Source: Patescibacteria group bacterium (GTDB lineage Bacteria; Patescibacteriota; Microgenomatia; UM-FILTER-40-11). From it: DNA of 64,000 nucleotides. The notes beneath the pieces are model-generated. The model searched no databases, was not told the origin of the DNA, and saw only the letters and a program-made list of their open reading frames with translations. The stretch lies in NCBI GenBank assembly GCA_035530075.1, contig DATKVM010000004.1, positions 2,132 to 66,131 of the forward strand, given 5' to 3'. The translations under genes and the position numbers were made by a program. How positions within the stretch are numbered: the first letter of the stretch is position 1; each line of letters opens with the position of its first letter. This document shows, piece after piece, positions 45,574 through 55,644 of this stretch.

Positions 45574-46863
45574 TTATTTAAGATTATTTTGAAAGTAAGT
45601 GCTTAATTTGTCAATTGGGAATCTTTCCTGCTTCATGGTATCGCGGTCACGCACGGTCACGGTTCCATCTTCTAGAGTTTGATAATCCACCGTCACGCAC
45701 CAAGGAGTGCCAATTTCATCCTGAGAAAAGTAGCGCTTCCCGATGTTACCCCGATCGTCAAAGGTAACCGGGAGCTCTAGCTTAAGATCATCATAGATTT
45801 TCTTTGCCTTATTCACCAGCTCTTCTTTGTTTGCCAATAAAGGAAAAACTGCCACCTTAAAAGGGGCTAATTTAGGATTCAGTTTCAAAACGACTCGTTT
45901 TTCTTCCTCAACATACGCATCAAGCAAAATAACCAGGAAGGTTCTTTCGACTCCCATTGACGGCTCAACCACATGAGGATAAAATCTTTCCCCCCTAACC
46001 GGATCCTGATAAGTCAAGTCCTGACCCGAATACTTGGTGTGATTTTTCAGATCAAAATCAGTGCGATATGCCAAACCATAAAGCTCTTTGGTGCCGAAAG
46101 GAAATTTATATTCCAAATCTTCAGTTCTTTTTGAGTAATGCGACAATTCTTCGGCAGAATGCCTTCTCCAAGAAAGATTTTCTTTCTTTACTCCCAAACC
46201 GGTTATCCAGCCTTCCATTGCCTCTTTCCATTGATCATAAGTTTTTTCCCATTCTTCCGCCCGGATAAAATATTCGATTTCCATTTGTTCAAACTCCAGG
46301 TCGCGAAAAATAAAATTCCCCAAAGTGATTTCGTTGCGGAAGACTTTCCCGATTTGAGCGATGCCAAACGGCAGCTTAGGATGAAACGAATCGACAATGT
46401 TTTTAAAATTAACAAAAATAGCTTGCGCTGTTTCTGGCCGCAAAAAAGCTACGGAAGCGGAATTCTCCACTGGGCCGATAAAGGTCTTAAACATGGGTAC
46501 AAATCGCCGCGGCTCAGTTAATTCCCCGGTACATTCCGGACATTTCTTTGCTTTCCCTAGATGATCCATCCGAAAGCGTTTATGGCACTTTTTACATTCT
46601 ACTAAAATATCGATAAAACCCTTAACATGACCAGAAGCTTCCCAGATCCTAGGGTTCATCAAAATTCCCCCATCCAAACCAAACATATTTCCTTTGGTTT
46701 GGACAAAAGCTTTCCACCAACTGTCCTTTAGGTTTTTTTTAAGTTCCACTCCCAGTGGTCCGTAATCCCAGGTATTGGCCAAGCCGCCATAAATCTCTGA
46801 ACCGGGATAAACGAAACCTCTTCTTTTACAAAGAGAGACAACTTTTTCCGTTAAATCCATCAT
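45574..46863 (-). CDS. glyQS: Glycyl-tRNA synthetase, alpha2 dimeric (GlyQS) type
   Basis: The class II motifs are present, with an N-terminus [25 protein letters not shown] typical of GlyRS, and a C-terminal anticodon-binding domain. Confidence 0.9.
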   Translation of the reverse strand: MMDLTEKVVSLCKRRGFVYPGSEIYGGLANTWDYGPLGVELKKNLKDSWWKAFVQTKGNMFGLDGGILMNPRIWEASGHVKGFIDILVECKKCHKRFRMDHLGKAKKCPECTGELTEPRRFVPMFKTFIGPVENSASVAFLRPETAQAIFVNFKNIVDSFHPKLPFGIAQIGKVFRNEITLGNFIFRDLEFEQMEIEYFIRAEEWEKTYDQWKEAMEGWITGLGVKKENLSWRRHSAEELSHYSKRTEDLEYKFPFGTKELYGLAYRTDFDLKNHTKYSGQDLTYQDPVRGERFYPHVVEPSMGVERTFLVILLDAYVEEEKRVVLKLNPKLAPFKVAVFPLLANKEELVNKAKKIYDDLKLELPVTFDDRGNIGKRYFSQDEIGTPWCVTVDYQTLEDGTVTVRDRDTMKQERFPIDKLSTYFQNNLK

Positions 46864-46900
46864 TCGAGTATATCAATTCCCCTCTTAAAAAACAAAAAAA

Positions 46901-47449
46901 CTAAATCCTTTTCAAAAACCGTCGGCTTTTTAATTCTCTTTCGATAATTTCTTCAATAAAGAGAGGGATATCGAAATGCGGAGGAAAGGGCTTTTCTTTC
47001 GGCCAGAAACCGAGCATTTTCAAAAGTGAGCCGCCAAAATTTTCAGCTAACTCCGGTAAAGATTCCCGACGGACAATTACCAACTTCTTTAGAGCCGTCA
47101 CCAATCGCTCATAAACTTCCTCTTGTTCCGCTCCCTCGGCCGTTAGTTTGTCCACCATCTCACAAAGCTCGTAAGCTACCACGATTCTTTTTAAATCTTT
47201 TCGCCAACTGCTGAAACTATTCAAAACCTCTGCTTCGGTAACAATATCCATACCTTTTCCCCTGGCCGCAAAAAAAGCAACTTGATTGAAAATTTCTAAC
47301 GCTCCTCGTTTGCGGGAAGTAATTTTACGGATGCCCTTCGCCAGCGCGGTTATCTTACCGTGATGTTTAGTGAAAAAGGTAATTAATTTATCCGCTTCCC
47401 CGAAGTTATTTCTTTTTAGCACCACTCCCTCGGTTTTATAGCTATTCAT
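46901..47449 (-). CDS. recO: DNA repair protein RecO
   Basis: TEGVVLKRNNFGEADKLITFFT matches the N-terminal OB fold. The start was moved to the internal Met so the upstream overlap is short. Confidence 0.65.
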   Translation of the reverse strand: MNSYKTEGVVLKRNNFGEADKLITFFTKHHGKITALAKGIRKITSRKRGALEIFNQVAFFAARGKGMDIVTEAEVLNSFSSWRKDLKRIVVAYELCEMVDKLTAEGAEQEEVYERLVTALKKLVIVRRESLPELAENFGGSLLKMLGFWPKEKPFPPHFDIPLFIEEIIERELKSRRFLKRI

Positions 47450-47480
47450 CCTTATTTTAGCCTTCACGGAGTTTCGGAAG

Positions 47481-49523
47481 TTACCACCGCAATTCTTTGT
47501 CTCCTCGCAGCTCAAACTCTTCTTTTTTGCCGTTAAAGTCAATCACCAGGTCGTACTTCTCTACTCCCGCCTGTTTTTGAATAAGGAGTTTATAAGGTTT
47601 GCCTTTCCCCGCCTTAAACGGCAACTTATATTTAAAAGAAACTTTGGTGACACTTTGCGGTCTAAGGGGATACTTGTCTCCGTAAAAGCCTTCGAAGACA
47701 GTTTTCCCCGCTTCCTCATAAACATTGGGCTTAATCTCCGAGCCGGTCATTTCGATAAGCTCACTCCCTTTGGGGACATAAAGCCGAATCCAATCGCGAT
47801 AAAGACCGTTTAGACAAAGACCGCCGGATAAAAGACCGCAATCGGAAGCGGGAAAAGGATTATTATAAGTAATATTTAGGGTTTTGGTTACCTGGCCGTC
47901 ACCGGCCACCTCAATCTTCTCTTCGATTTTCTGGCTAATGAAAAGATTGGATTTCGCCCCGGCAAAGTTAGTGTCAACTAAGAGCTGGTAATCTCCATCA
48001 TATTCTCTGATCCGTCCCGCCAAATTAAATGCCTCCGCCGCCTTTTGAGATTTCTCGTCAAAAAGGTACAAAAGCAAGTGCTTTTCCTGAACAGCGGTTA
48101 AGCCCGCTTTAAAAAGGTCAGCCATTTTTGATTTGGGGCTATTAAAGGCATTGGCTAAAATGGAATGCATCAGTGGCCCAATGACGGCCTTACGCGAAGT
48201 ATTAAGAGTACTCACTGGCTTATCGGCAATCTCTTCCAGTCGATAAACTACCTGCGGGCAATCGCAACGTTTATCCGTCTCGGCGGTGAAAGTACCCCAT
48301 TCAGGGACGCCAATTGGTCCTAACACTTTTATTAAAGCTACCAGCATTTTGGTGTCCACCGCAATTACCCCGTCAACCTTTTTTGCTCCGGCCACATTTT
48401 CTTGATAATGGCCCATAAATAACTTCATTGACTCAGCAAAATCCGGAGACAAGTTCATATCGCGCAGATAAAAATAGGGAACATTCTTATGAAACTTTTT
48501 AATTGGTTCCGGGGCTGGTAGCCTCTTACGGAAAGCGGCATCTAAGGAATAAATATCTTCGGATAAGACCGGCGTAACTTTGCCCTTATCTACTTTCAAA
48601 ATACCGTAGGCAGTCATAAAGCCACCCGTTGGTCTTAATTCAGCATCATTTTGAAAAAGAACAAAGTAATACCGAGGCGAATTCACGCCCAAAAGGTCAG
48701 GGGCGACCTCTAAAAGAGGTTTGGCGTCGTTAACAAAAGCCGCTACTTGGTCCAGCGAAGAAATGGCCAAAACTAAATTATGGCGCACTTTCATCCCCCG
48801 AAATTCTTCCGGGTAACGATTGGGGTCTATTTGGTCCATCTCTTTACGGGCCGTTTCCAATTCCTTACCGACTTCATCCAATTGAGGTCGAATCTTATCC
48901 AGAGTGGTTACAAGGAAAGTCACTCGGTCCAAAGTAGTCTTACCGCTCGCAGTGGCCGATTTATCACCACCGAGACCTAAGATGTCAGTATAAGGGGAGA
49001 TCGCTTCAATCACCAAGTCAGTCGCCTGTAATCCCGCCAGTCCAGCCTTTAAGCCATGTTGAGCATCTGAATAGTAATTTCTTACCACCGGGATAAAAGC
49101 GGCCAGTTTAAAAGCGTTAAGTTTTTTCTGGACCGTCTCCAAATCACCCTTTAAAGCGGTCGTCTTTTCTTTAGTCTTAACTAAATCCTGTTCCTTAAGC
49201 GCCAGTTTAAGCTCATTTAAATCGCGAGATATCACTTCTTTTTGAGCCCAAAGCGGTCTTAGAAAAACGAAAGATAGGCCGGCGACTACTCCTAAAAGCA
49301 AAACTAACCCCAATAAAACTCCTCCCGCTTTGAGAAGAATTTTTTGGGAGCCGACACCGGCTTTAAAATGTAAGGGGAATCTTTTTTTCTCCGGGTTCTC
49401 TAATCCCCCCGCTTTTTCTGTCTCGACCATCTTTTCCGTCTTTCCCGGAATATCCCCGACATTAATTTTCGTAATGGTGGCTTCTTCTGTCATACGGCTC
49501 CTTCCCCCGAAATCATCGCCCAA
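47481..49523 (-). CDS. Large membrane-anchored extracytoplasmic protein (DUF4012-like), first gene of a glycan cluster
   Basis: An N-terminal TM, coiled-coil K/E-rich segments and a NDAELRPTGGF motif, which is typical of the DUF4012 proteins found next to polysaccharide loci. Confidence 0.45.
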   Translation of the reverse strand: MGDDFGGRSRMTEEATITKINVGDIPGKTEKMVETEKAGGLENPEKKRFPLHFKAGVGSQKILLKAGGVLLGLVLLLGVVAGLSFVFLRPLWAQKEVISRDLNELKLALKEQDLVKTKEKTTALKGDLETVQKKLNAFKLAAFIPVVRNYYSDAQHGLKAGLAGLQATDLVIEAISPYTDILGLGGDKSATASGKTTLDRVTFLVTTLDKIRPQLDEVGKELETARKEMDQIDPNRYPEEFRGMKVRHNLVLAISSLDQVAAFVNDAKPLLEVAPDLLGVNSPRYYFVLFQNDAELRPTGGFMTAYGILKVDKGKVTPVLSEDIYSLDAAFRKRLPAPEPIKKFHKNVPYFYLRDMNLSPDFAESMKLFMGHYQENVAGAKKVDGVIAVDTKMLVALIKVLGPIGVPEWGTFTAETDKRCDCPQVVYRLEEIADKPVSTLNTSRKAVIGPLMHSILANAFNSPKSKMADLFKAGLTAVQEKHLLLYLFDEKSQKAAEAFNLAGRIREYDGDYQLLVDTNFAGAKSNLFISQKIEEKIEVAGDGQVTKTLNITYNNPFPASDCGLLSGGLCLNGLYRDWIRLYVPKGSELIEMTGSEIKPNVYEEAGKTVFEGFYGDKYPLRPQSVTKVSFKYKLPFKAGKGKPYKLLIQKQAGVEKYDLVIDFNGKKEEFELRGDKELRW

Positions 49524-50128
49524 GGGGTTTTTAATAAAATTAGGATATCATAAATAATCGACCTTTTTCTAGCATAACAAGCATCCATTTGAATTCTCTT
49601 GTCAAAATCAACTTCACTCCGGCCGGAAACCTGCCATCGGCCAGTTATCCCAGGCTTTATCGTCAAAACTTCCTTGACTAATTCTTTGGTTTGCGGATAT
49701 TTTCTTTGCTGCTCCTCCAGCTCAAAAGGATAATAAGCCCGGGGGCCTACCAGGCTCATTTCCCCTCGCAAGACATTAATAAATTGGGGAATTTCGTCAA
49801 TAGAGTGCTTTCGGATGAATTTGCCAACTTTAGTCACCCGCGGATCCTCGTGAAGCTTGTAGCTTGATTTTTTGTACTCTTCTAATAACTTTTTATATTT
49901 GGGATCGGTATGCAAAAGAGCGTGAGCGTTAGGAATCATCGAGCGAAATTTAAGGAAACGAAAGAGTTTACCGCCTTCACCTACTCGCTTGGGAGTATCG
50001 GCCAGAAGCGGGCCGGGGGACTCCAGTTCAATGGCAATCGCTGTCACTGTAATTACAGGCAAAAACCCCACTAAACCAATCATCGCTCCCACCATATCGA
50101 TAATTCTTTTGACGACTTTGTAAAACAT
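49490..50128 (-). CDS. Polyprenyl-phosphate sugar-1-phosphate transferase (bacterial sugar transferase, WbaP C-terminal-domain type)
   Basis: PF02397-like core: KFRSM, DEIPQFINVLRGEMSLVGPR, and the PGITG and RWQV tails. Confidence 0.85.
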   Translation of the reverse strand: MFYKVVKRIIDMVGAMIGLVGFLPVITVTAIAIELESPGPLLADTPKRVGEGGKLFRFLKFRSMIPNAHALLHTDPKYKKLLEEYKKSSYKLHEDPRVTKVGKFIRKHSIDEIPQFINVLRGEMSLVGPRAYYPFELEEQQRKYPQTKELVKEVLTIKPGITGRWQVSGRSEVDFDKRIQMDACYARKRSIIYDILILLKTPWAMISGEGAV

Positions 50129-50129
50129 T

Positions 50130-51239
50130 TTAAAGATATTCTTCTTTCTCTTTTTCTTTCAAAGAATTAACGATTTTTTTGACATCTTGAGCTTTATCCT
50201 TAGCGCAAACCAAGATGGCATCCTTTGTTTCCACAATCACCAAATCAGAAACCCCTACAGTCGCAATCAGACGGTTCTCCGCTTCCACCAGACAATTTTT
50301 CGTCTCTATTCCCATATGCCAACCATCCTTGCCAAAAACCTCAACGACGTTTCGGTCAGCATCTTTTTCCTTTAAATCATAAACCACTTTCCAATCGCCG
50401 ATATCGCTCCAAGTGAAATCGCCGGGAACCAAGAGAAGATTACCCGCCTTTTCCGAAACGGCGTATTCAATAGAAATATTTTCCGCTTGCTCATAGGCCT
50501 TTTGCAATTCTTCCCTTTCCTGCCCCGTATCAATGGCAGCAAAAACTTTTTCAAGCAAATTATAAATTTCCGGCGAATATTTCGAAAAGGCCTCAAAAAT
50601 CGCTCTGGCTGACCAAACAAGAATACCAGTGTTCCAAAAAAAGTTACCTTTTTGAATAAATTCTCTGGCTGTCTTTAAATCAGGTTTTTCCTTAAATGAA
50701 CTTACTCGATAAACCGCTTCTGCCATCCCCGAAAGCTTTTCCCCCACCTCAATATATCCCAGACCGGTATGGGGAAAAGCGGGTTGCAAACCGATTATGA
50801 CCAGATAGTTTCCCTGATTCGCTACTTTCACCGCCAGATTTAAGCGATCGACAAAAAGTTCATTTGTCCCAATCGCCGCATCCGACCAAAAATTCATAAT
50901 CATTGCTTCCGGATCAGCTTTTTTAATATAAGCGGCACCGACTCCGATCGCCATGGCGGTATTTTTCCCAAATGGCTCGGTAATAATATTTTTGGCCGGA
51001 ATTGCTTCTCCTTGCTGCAGAACCTCATCAGCATAATCATTAGTCGTAATCACAAAAATTTTGTCACTCGGGGTAAGCAGGTTAGCTCTTTCAACTGTTT
51101 GAGTAAAGAGGGTCTTTTCGCCATAAAATTTTTCCAGAAACTGTTTAGGAGTTTTTTGTCGGGAACGAGGCCACAATCGAGTCCCGCTGCCGCCACACAC
51201 AATTAAAGCGTAAAGGTGGTCCTTAAGTGTCCCTTCCAT
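50130..51239 (-). CDS. Mannose-1-phosphate guanylyltransferase-like sugar nucleotidyltransferase
   Basis: The NTP_transferase N-terminus (ALIVCGGSGTRLWP) is followed by the ManC-type middle region. Confidence 0.75.
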   Translation of the reverse strand: MEGTLKDHLYALIVCGGSGTRLWPRSRQKTPKQFLEKFYGEKTLFTQTVERANLLTPSDKIFVITTNDYADEVLQQGEAIPAKNIITEPFGKNTAMAIGVGAAYIKKADPEAMIMNFWSDAAIGTNELFVDRLNLAVKVANQGNYLVIIGLQPAFPHTGLGYIEVGEKLSGMAEAVYRVSSFKEKPDLKTAREFIQKGNFFWNTGILVWSARAIFEAFSKYSPEIYNLLEKVFAAIDTGQEREELQKAYEQAENISIEYAVSEKAGNLLLVPGDFTWSDIGDWKVVYDLKEKDADRNVVEVFGKDGWHMGIETKNCLVEAENRLIATVGVSDLVIVETKDAILVCAKDKAQDVKKIVNSLKEKEKEEYL

Positions 51240-52321
51240 TTTTTCTCTGCCAAACTCTTAAATTCCTTGGCAAATCTTGCTTGGCCAAATTTTTCCGCCT
51301 GCCGACGGCAGTCTTCTTCCAAAAAATCTTTCGTTTTAAATTGTCCTAAGGCTTTAACCAGCCCCTCAGCCGTCTGGGGGTAAAAAAAGAGGCCGGTTTT
51401 CCCTTCGGCAATCGTCTCGGTCGCCCCGCCGGAACGATAAGCAATCACCGGTTTCCCGCAAGCTTGCGCTTCCAACGGCACCAACCCAAAATCTTCTTCT
51501 TGCGGAAAGATAACCGCCTGGCAATTTTGATAGTAATCTAAAAGTAATTCATCTGTCAAATGCCCCATAAACCGGATATTCTCCCCCGCTTTTTTTCTCA
51601 ACTTCCCCATTTCTCTTCCTCCCCCCACAATCCGCAACTCCCATTTTAGCTGATTAAACGCTTCCACCACTAAATCAACCTTTTTGTACTTTACCAATCT
51701 CGAAACCATCAAAAAAAACTTTGAATTTTGAATTTTAGCTTTGCATTTTGAACTTTGAACTTTGAATTTATTTATATCTACCGGCGGATAAACAACTTCA
51801 CTCTCCCGGCTATAATATTTTTTAATTCTCTCCTGAACGGTTTTGGAAATCGCCAAATAGTCATCCGGTCTTTGCGCTGCCACTAAATCCCATTTCTTTA
51901 AATTCTCAATTAAGGGTAAGCTAAGGGTCTTTTTTAAGGGGGTATCAAAGTGCTGATTATAACCGCTCCAAAGATAACGCGTAGGAGTTAAGCAATAGCA
52001 AAGATGTAAAGTTTTCGGCTTGGTAATAATACCCTTAGCCGCCTCGCTTGTGACCGAAATGACGACATCATAATCATCAAAATTAAAGTTCTCAAAGGCC
52101 AAAGGCATCAGCGGCGCATAAAATTCGTGATTGCTTTTGACAGCGGGAAAGCCCTGCAAAAATGAGGGGATCACCTTAAAAACTTTGGCCCAAGGAGCGG
52201 TTTTTGGATTGTAAACCGAAGTATAAAGCGGCGCTTCCGGCCAGATTTCACGCAGGGCCAAAAGCACTCTTTCCGCCCCACCCCATTTATTAACTCGATC
52301 ATAAACCAAAGCGACTTTCAT
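51203..52321 (-). CDS. Glycosyltransferase family 4 (GT-B)
   Basis: The C-terminal GT4 motif (E.FGLVPLEAQACGKPVIA) is present. It contains a degenerate repeat copy encoding KFKVQSSKCKAKIQNSK. Confidence 0.75.
   Translation of the reverse strand: MKVALVYDRVNKWGGAERVLLALREIWPEAPLYTSVYNPKTAPWAKVFKVIPSFLQGFPAVKSNHEFYAPLMPLAFENFNFDDYDVVISVTSEAAKGIITKPKTLHLCYCLTPTRYLWSGYNQHFDTPLKKTLSLPLIENLKKWDLVAAQRPDDYLAISKTVQERIKKYYSRESEVVYPPVDINKFKVQSSKCKAKIQNSKFFLMVSRLVKYKKVDLVVEAFNQLKWELRIVGGGREMGKLRKKAGENIRFMGHLTDELLLDYYQNCQAVIFPQEEDFGLVPLEAQACGKPVIAYRSGGATETIAEGKTGLFFYPQTAEGLVKALGQFKTKDFLEEDCRRQAEKFGQARFAKEFKSLAEKKWKGHLRTTFTL
51717..51775. repeat. Degenerate copy D of the intragenic repeat; only the TTGAAYTTTGAA tandem flanks are kept and the core is largely lost
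   Basis: AAACTTTGAATTTTGAATTTTAGCTTTGCATTTTGAACTTTGAACTTTGAATTT lies inside the GT4 coding sequence. Confidence 0.5.
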
Positions 52322-52821
52322 TTTAAATTAACTTCGTAATCTATTTCGCCAAAGTCTTTATCGTCTTCCCGACGTCTTTTGGCCTCTTTAAAGCCACCGC
52401 TAAGATACATTTTTTGAGCCGGAACGAAGAATGGATGATCACCGGTAGTAACTTTAGCTACCCGACAGTGGTTTTCTTTGAAAATTCTCAATATTTCTAA
52501 AACTTGTTTTTCCCCAATCTCCTGACCTTGAGATGAAGGGATAACGCAGTTTTGGCCAATCACTCCATATTCCGGAAAATTTCTCGGATCATAAGAAACC
52601 ACCCCTACCGGCTTCCCATTGCAACAAGTGACGAAAACACACTTTCCAATATCTAGATTGTTAAAAGCATTTTTGTCAAATTTTTTCCATTCACCGATAT
52701 ATTTTTGCCTATTCTTTGGAGAATAGCCTTTTATCAACTCTTTGTAACTGGAGTAAATCAGATTAAAAAGGTCACCAGGTTGATATCTGTTCACTGGCGT
52801 AAAGCTCAACTTATCTTTCAT
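52318..52821 (-). CDS. Small GNAT-like acyltransferase (putative)
   Basis: A 167-aa protein with a central beta-strand and a Q/R-x-x-G-x-G/A-like segment (QGQEIGEKQVLEIL). This is a weak family call. Confidence 0.4.
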   Translation of the reverse strand: MKDKLSFTPVNRYQPGDLFNLIYSSYKELIKGYSPKNRQKYIGEWKKFDKNAFNNLDIGKCVFVTCCNGKPVGVVSYDPRNFPEYGVIGQNCVIPSSQGQEIGEKQVLEILRIFKENHCRVAKVTTGDHPFFVPAQKMYLSGGFKEAKRRREDDKDFGEIDYEVNLK

Positions 52822-52841
52822 TTAAAAAATCTTTGGCTACC

Positions 52842-53645
52842 TTAATTAGTGTTAATCGCTAGTCCAAACCAGAGTTTGTAATATTCTTGAAAGACATATT
52901 TTATGCCCTCTTCGTTGGTAAACCAATCGTTCTCCCTTAGTCCTTCCCGGGCTAGGCAGTTAACCCGATAAATCCTGGTCCCTACTGGAGTATATTTTTG
53001 AAGGTGACTGTAACCCCTTCGCTGCGAGTAAGGAGAATTGACCACAATTATACTTTTATATTCTATCCCTAGCTTGTCTAGCAGATTAAGAGTTGAGCGA
53101 ACATTATCAGCTAAAGTAATTGATTTATTCTCAATGAGAATATCGCCCGGTGGTACTCCCATTTCAATTGCAACTTGGCGATACTCTTCTGCCTCCGATT
53201 TTGTTTTAATAAAAAGCGGATGGCCGCCGGAAAAAAGAACTTTTGAGGCAAGACCTTTTTCATACAGTTCAACCGCCTTCTCTGCCCTTGCCAGTGTTTT
53301 CGCTCCAAAGGTAATAATTAAATCAGATTTCCCCGGCTTGTCTTCTTCAGCCAAATAGCCGTAAAGTGATTTTGCTTGCTTAGCAACCCGCGGAGGATTT
53401 TCCAGTATTTTCTCAATCCCTTCATTCATAATCCGTCCAGAAAGTTTTCTCACTTCCTGCCAGGATTTATCCAGAGTCACTTCACCTGTTTCGATTCCCA
53501 AGAAATTTAAAAATTCAATGAATGGATCAATTGAGACCCAATGGAGATTTTTTTTCCCTTCGGGAATTGGCCTTTGGGCCTCAGTCCTTAAAGTCTGCCA
53601 AAGCTCGGCAATCGTCGGCAGCTCAATGTAACTTTTTCTTCTCAT
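52842..53645 (-). CDS. DUF218 (YdcF/ElyC-like) domain protein
   Basis: LITFGAKT...VLFSGG...NS.TLADN...IVVNSPYSQRR matches the DUF218 fold motifs. The start was moved to the Met at 53643-53645. Confidence 0.55.
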   Translation of the reverse strand: MRRKSYIELPTIAELWQTLRTEAQRPIPEGKKNLHWVSIDPFIEFLNFLGIETGEVTLDKSWQEVRKLSGRIMNEGIEKILENPPRVAKQAKSLYGYLAEEDKPGKSDLIITFGAKTLARAEKAVELYEKGLASKVLFSGGHPLFIKTKSEAEEYRQVAIEMGVPPGDILIENKSITLADNVRSTLNLLDKLGIEYKSIIVVNSPYSQRRGYSHLQKYTPVGTRIYRVNCLAREGLRENDWFTNEEGIKYVFQEYYKLWFGLAINTN

Positions 53646-53677
53646 TTTGTAATATATGTAAATATATGTTACATGAC

Positions 53678-54526
53678 TTAGCCAAAAGGATTTTCTTGGC
53701 AAAAATCGGGATTGAGACATTCAACCGCTCCCCCAAATCCCTGAATCCAACCAGATTTAAAGTCTAAATCTTTCACCCTCTTTAAAACCTGCTCCCATTC
53801 TTCCTTCTTTAACACCCGGTTGATTTCCGGAAACTCTCTGGCCCGGTAAGTAGGATTATACTGGCTCATTAAACTTAAATGCACCTGGTCGGAAATTGAT
53901 CTGATAAACTCTAAACATTTTCTAGTGTTCTCCAAACACCCCGGCAAAACCAAGTGCCGAACAATTAGGCCTTTTTTAGCGACACCATTTTCGTTAACCA
54001 CTAAATCGTCAACTTGTCGCTGCATCTCTAAGATCGCCAAAGAGGCGATTTTTGGATATCCCGGACAACGAGAATATCTTACCGCCAGCTCCTCCTCACT
54101 ATATTTATAATCCGGCAAATAAATATCAACTAGGCCTTCCAGCTTTTGCAAGGACTTGACAGTTTCATAAGCGTTTGAATTCCAGAGAATGGGAACTTTT
54201 AAACCCTTCTTTTTGGCCGTTTTAAGGACTTCCCTTAACCCAGAAGTCCAAAAGGTAGGAGAAACCAGGTTGATATTGTGACAACCTTTTTCTTGAAGCT
54301 CAAACATCATTTTCAACAGTTCGACTTCGTTTACACTGAGTGAAACCGAAGTGCTCACTGTCTCGCAAGAAATTTTTTCTTGCGAGATCTGCCAATTTTG
54401 ACAATAAACACACTTCAAATTGCAGCGGCAGAAAAAGATAGTACCCGATCCGCCAACTGGCGGACCAGAAATCGGTGGTTCCTCGCCAAAGTGCGGGCCG
54501 AACCAAGAGATTTCAAAATTAGTCAT
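53678..54526 (-). CDS. AmmeMemoRadiSam system radical SAM enzyme (AmrS-like)
   Basis: The N-terminal SWFGPHFGEEPPISG...GTIFFCRCNLKCVYCQNWQIS contains the CxxxCxxC radical-SAM cluster in the arrangement typical of the AmrS family. The protein is 282 aa. Confidence 0.7.
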   Translation of the reverse strand: MTNFEISWFGPHFGEEPPISGPPVGGSGTIFFCRCNLKCVYCQNWQISQEKISCETVSTSVSLSVNEVELLKMMFELQEKGCHNINLVSPTFWTSGLREVLKTAKKKGLKVPILWNSNAYETVKSLQKLEGLVDIYLPDYKYSEEELAVRYSRCPGYPKIASLAILEMQRQVDDLVVNENGVAKKGLIVRHLVLPGCLENTRKCLEFIRSISDQVHLSLMSQYNPTYRAREFPEINRVLKKEEWEQVLKRVKDLDFKSGWIQGFGGAVECLNPDFCQENPFG

Positions 54527-55644
54527 CTTAGGGCGTTATTGTAGACCAAAAGCGTTTCCGAAGCCATCTTTTCCCAGGAGTACCCTTTGACCAGCTCAGA
54601 GCCCTGTTTTTTCATTTTTTCCTGAAGGTTTTTATCACTTATGACTAATTTTATTTTATCCGCCATGTCACCGGAATCGAGCGGGTTAAAGTACACCGCC
54701 GCTTCTTTATATATCTCTTGAAAAACGGGAATCTTCGAAGCGACGACTGGCGTCCCTTGAGCCATCGCTTCCAACCCAGGCAGGCCAAATCCTTCTGACA
54801 GACTCGGAAAAACAAACACTTGCGTCCCCCTTAATAAGACCGTCAACTCTTCTTCCGGCACAAAACCCACTAAATTCACCTCATTTTCTGCTCTCACCTC
54901 CTGAATTTTCTTTTTTAATTTCTCCCAAAAAACACTTCTCGCACAGACAATCACTAGTTGTAGTCTGAAGTCCATAAGCCACAAGCTCTTTACTGCTTCA
55001 ATCAATCTTTCAACGTTTTTATGCGGATAAACGCTTCCGACATAGAGAAGAAAAGGTTTTTCAATATGATATTTTTTCAAAACATCCTCGCTTTTGATAC
55101 TTTTGATACCTTTATCCACTCCCTCGTAGGTCACAACGATTTTTTCCGCCTCAAGACCGTACTGCCTAGCTAGCTCATTTTTGACAGACTGGCTGGGCAC
55201 TAAAATCCGGCTTGCCCTTTTAACCGTCAGGCCAAAAACCACTTTGTAACCTAAATACTTTAACCAATAAATCAAGGGGTTTTTGGTTGTCGTTGCCGCT
55301 CCCCGCGAAGTGTGCTTAATTAGATCATGAATTGTCACCACAAAGCGGCCAAAATAAAAAACAGGAACATTGAAATGGGGAAAATGCATTAGATCAACTT
55401 TTTCCTTAGCGATTAACCCCGGTAGCAAAAATTGCTCCTTTAGAGAGTAATGAGAGGCTTCCGCCACTACTAATTTAACGTTGGGGCTTGCAAATTCAGC
55501 CTTCGGAGTAAATTCTTTCCGCGTAAACAAAATATACTCATTGTCCTTGTCTGTTTTCAGAAGTTCTGTCACTAAATTCTCCACATACCGGCCAATGCCC
55601 GCGTGCTTAAGCCCCATCATTCGACAATCAATTCCGATTCTCAT
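54523..55644 (-). CDS. Glycosyltransferase family 4
   Basis: A GT-B fold with the C-terminal EGFGLPGLEAMAQGTPVVAS motif. It contains an in-frame TTTTGATAC tandem repeat. Confidence 0.8.
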   Translation of the reverse strand: MRIGIDCRMMGLKHAGIGRYVENLVTELLKTDKDNEYILFTRKEFTPKAEFASPNVKLVVAEASHYSLKEQFLLPGLIAKEKVDLMHFPHFNVPVFYFGRFVVTIHDLIKHTSRGAATTTKNPLIYWLKYLGYKVVFGLTVKRASRILVPSQSVKNELARQYGLEAEKIVVTYEGVDKGIKSIKSEDVLKKYHIEKPFLLYVGSVYPHKNVERLIEAVKSLWLMDFRLQLVIVCARSVFWEKLKKKIQEVRAENEVNLVGFVPEEELTVLLRGTQVFVFPSLSEGFGLPGLEAMAQGTPVVASKIPVFQEIYKEAAVYFNPLDSGDMADKIKLVISDKNLQEKMKKQGSELVKGYSWEKMASETLLVYNNALR

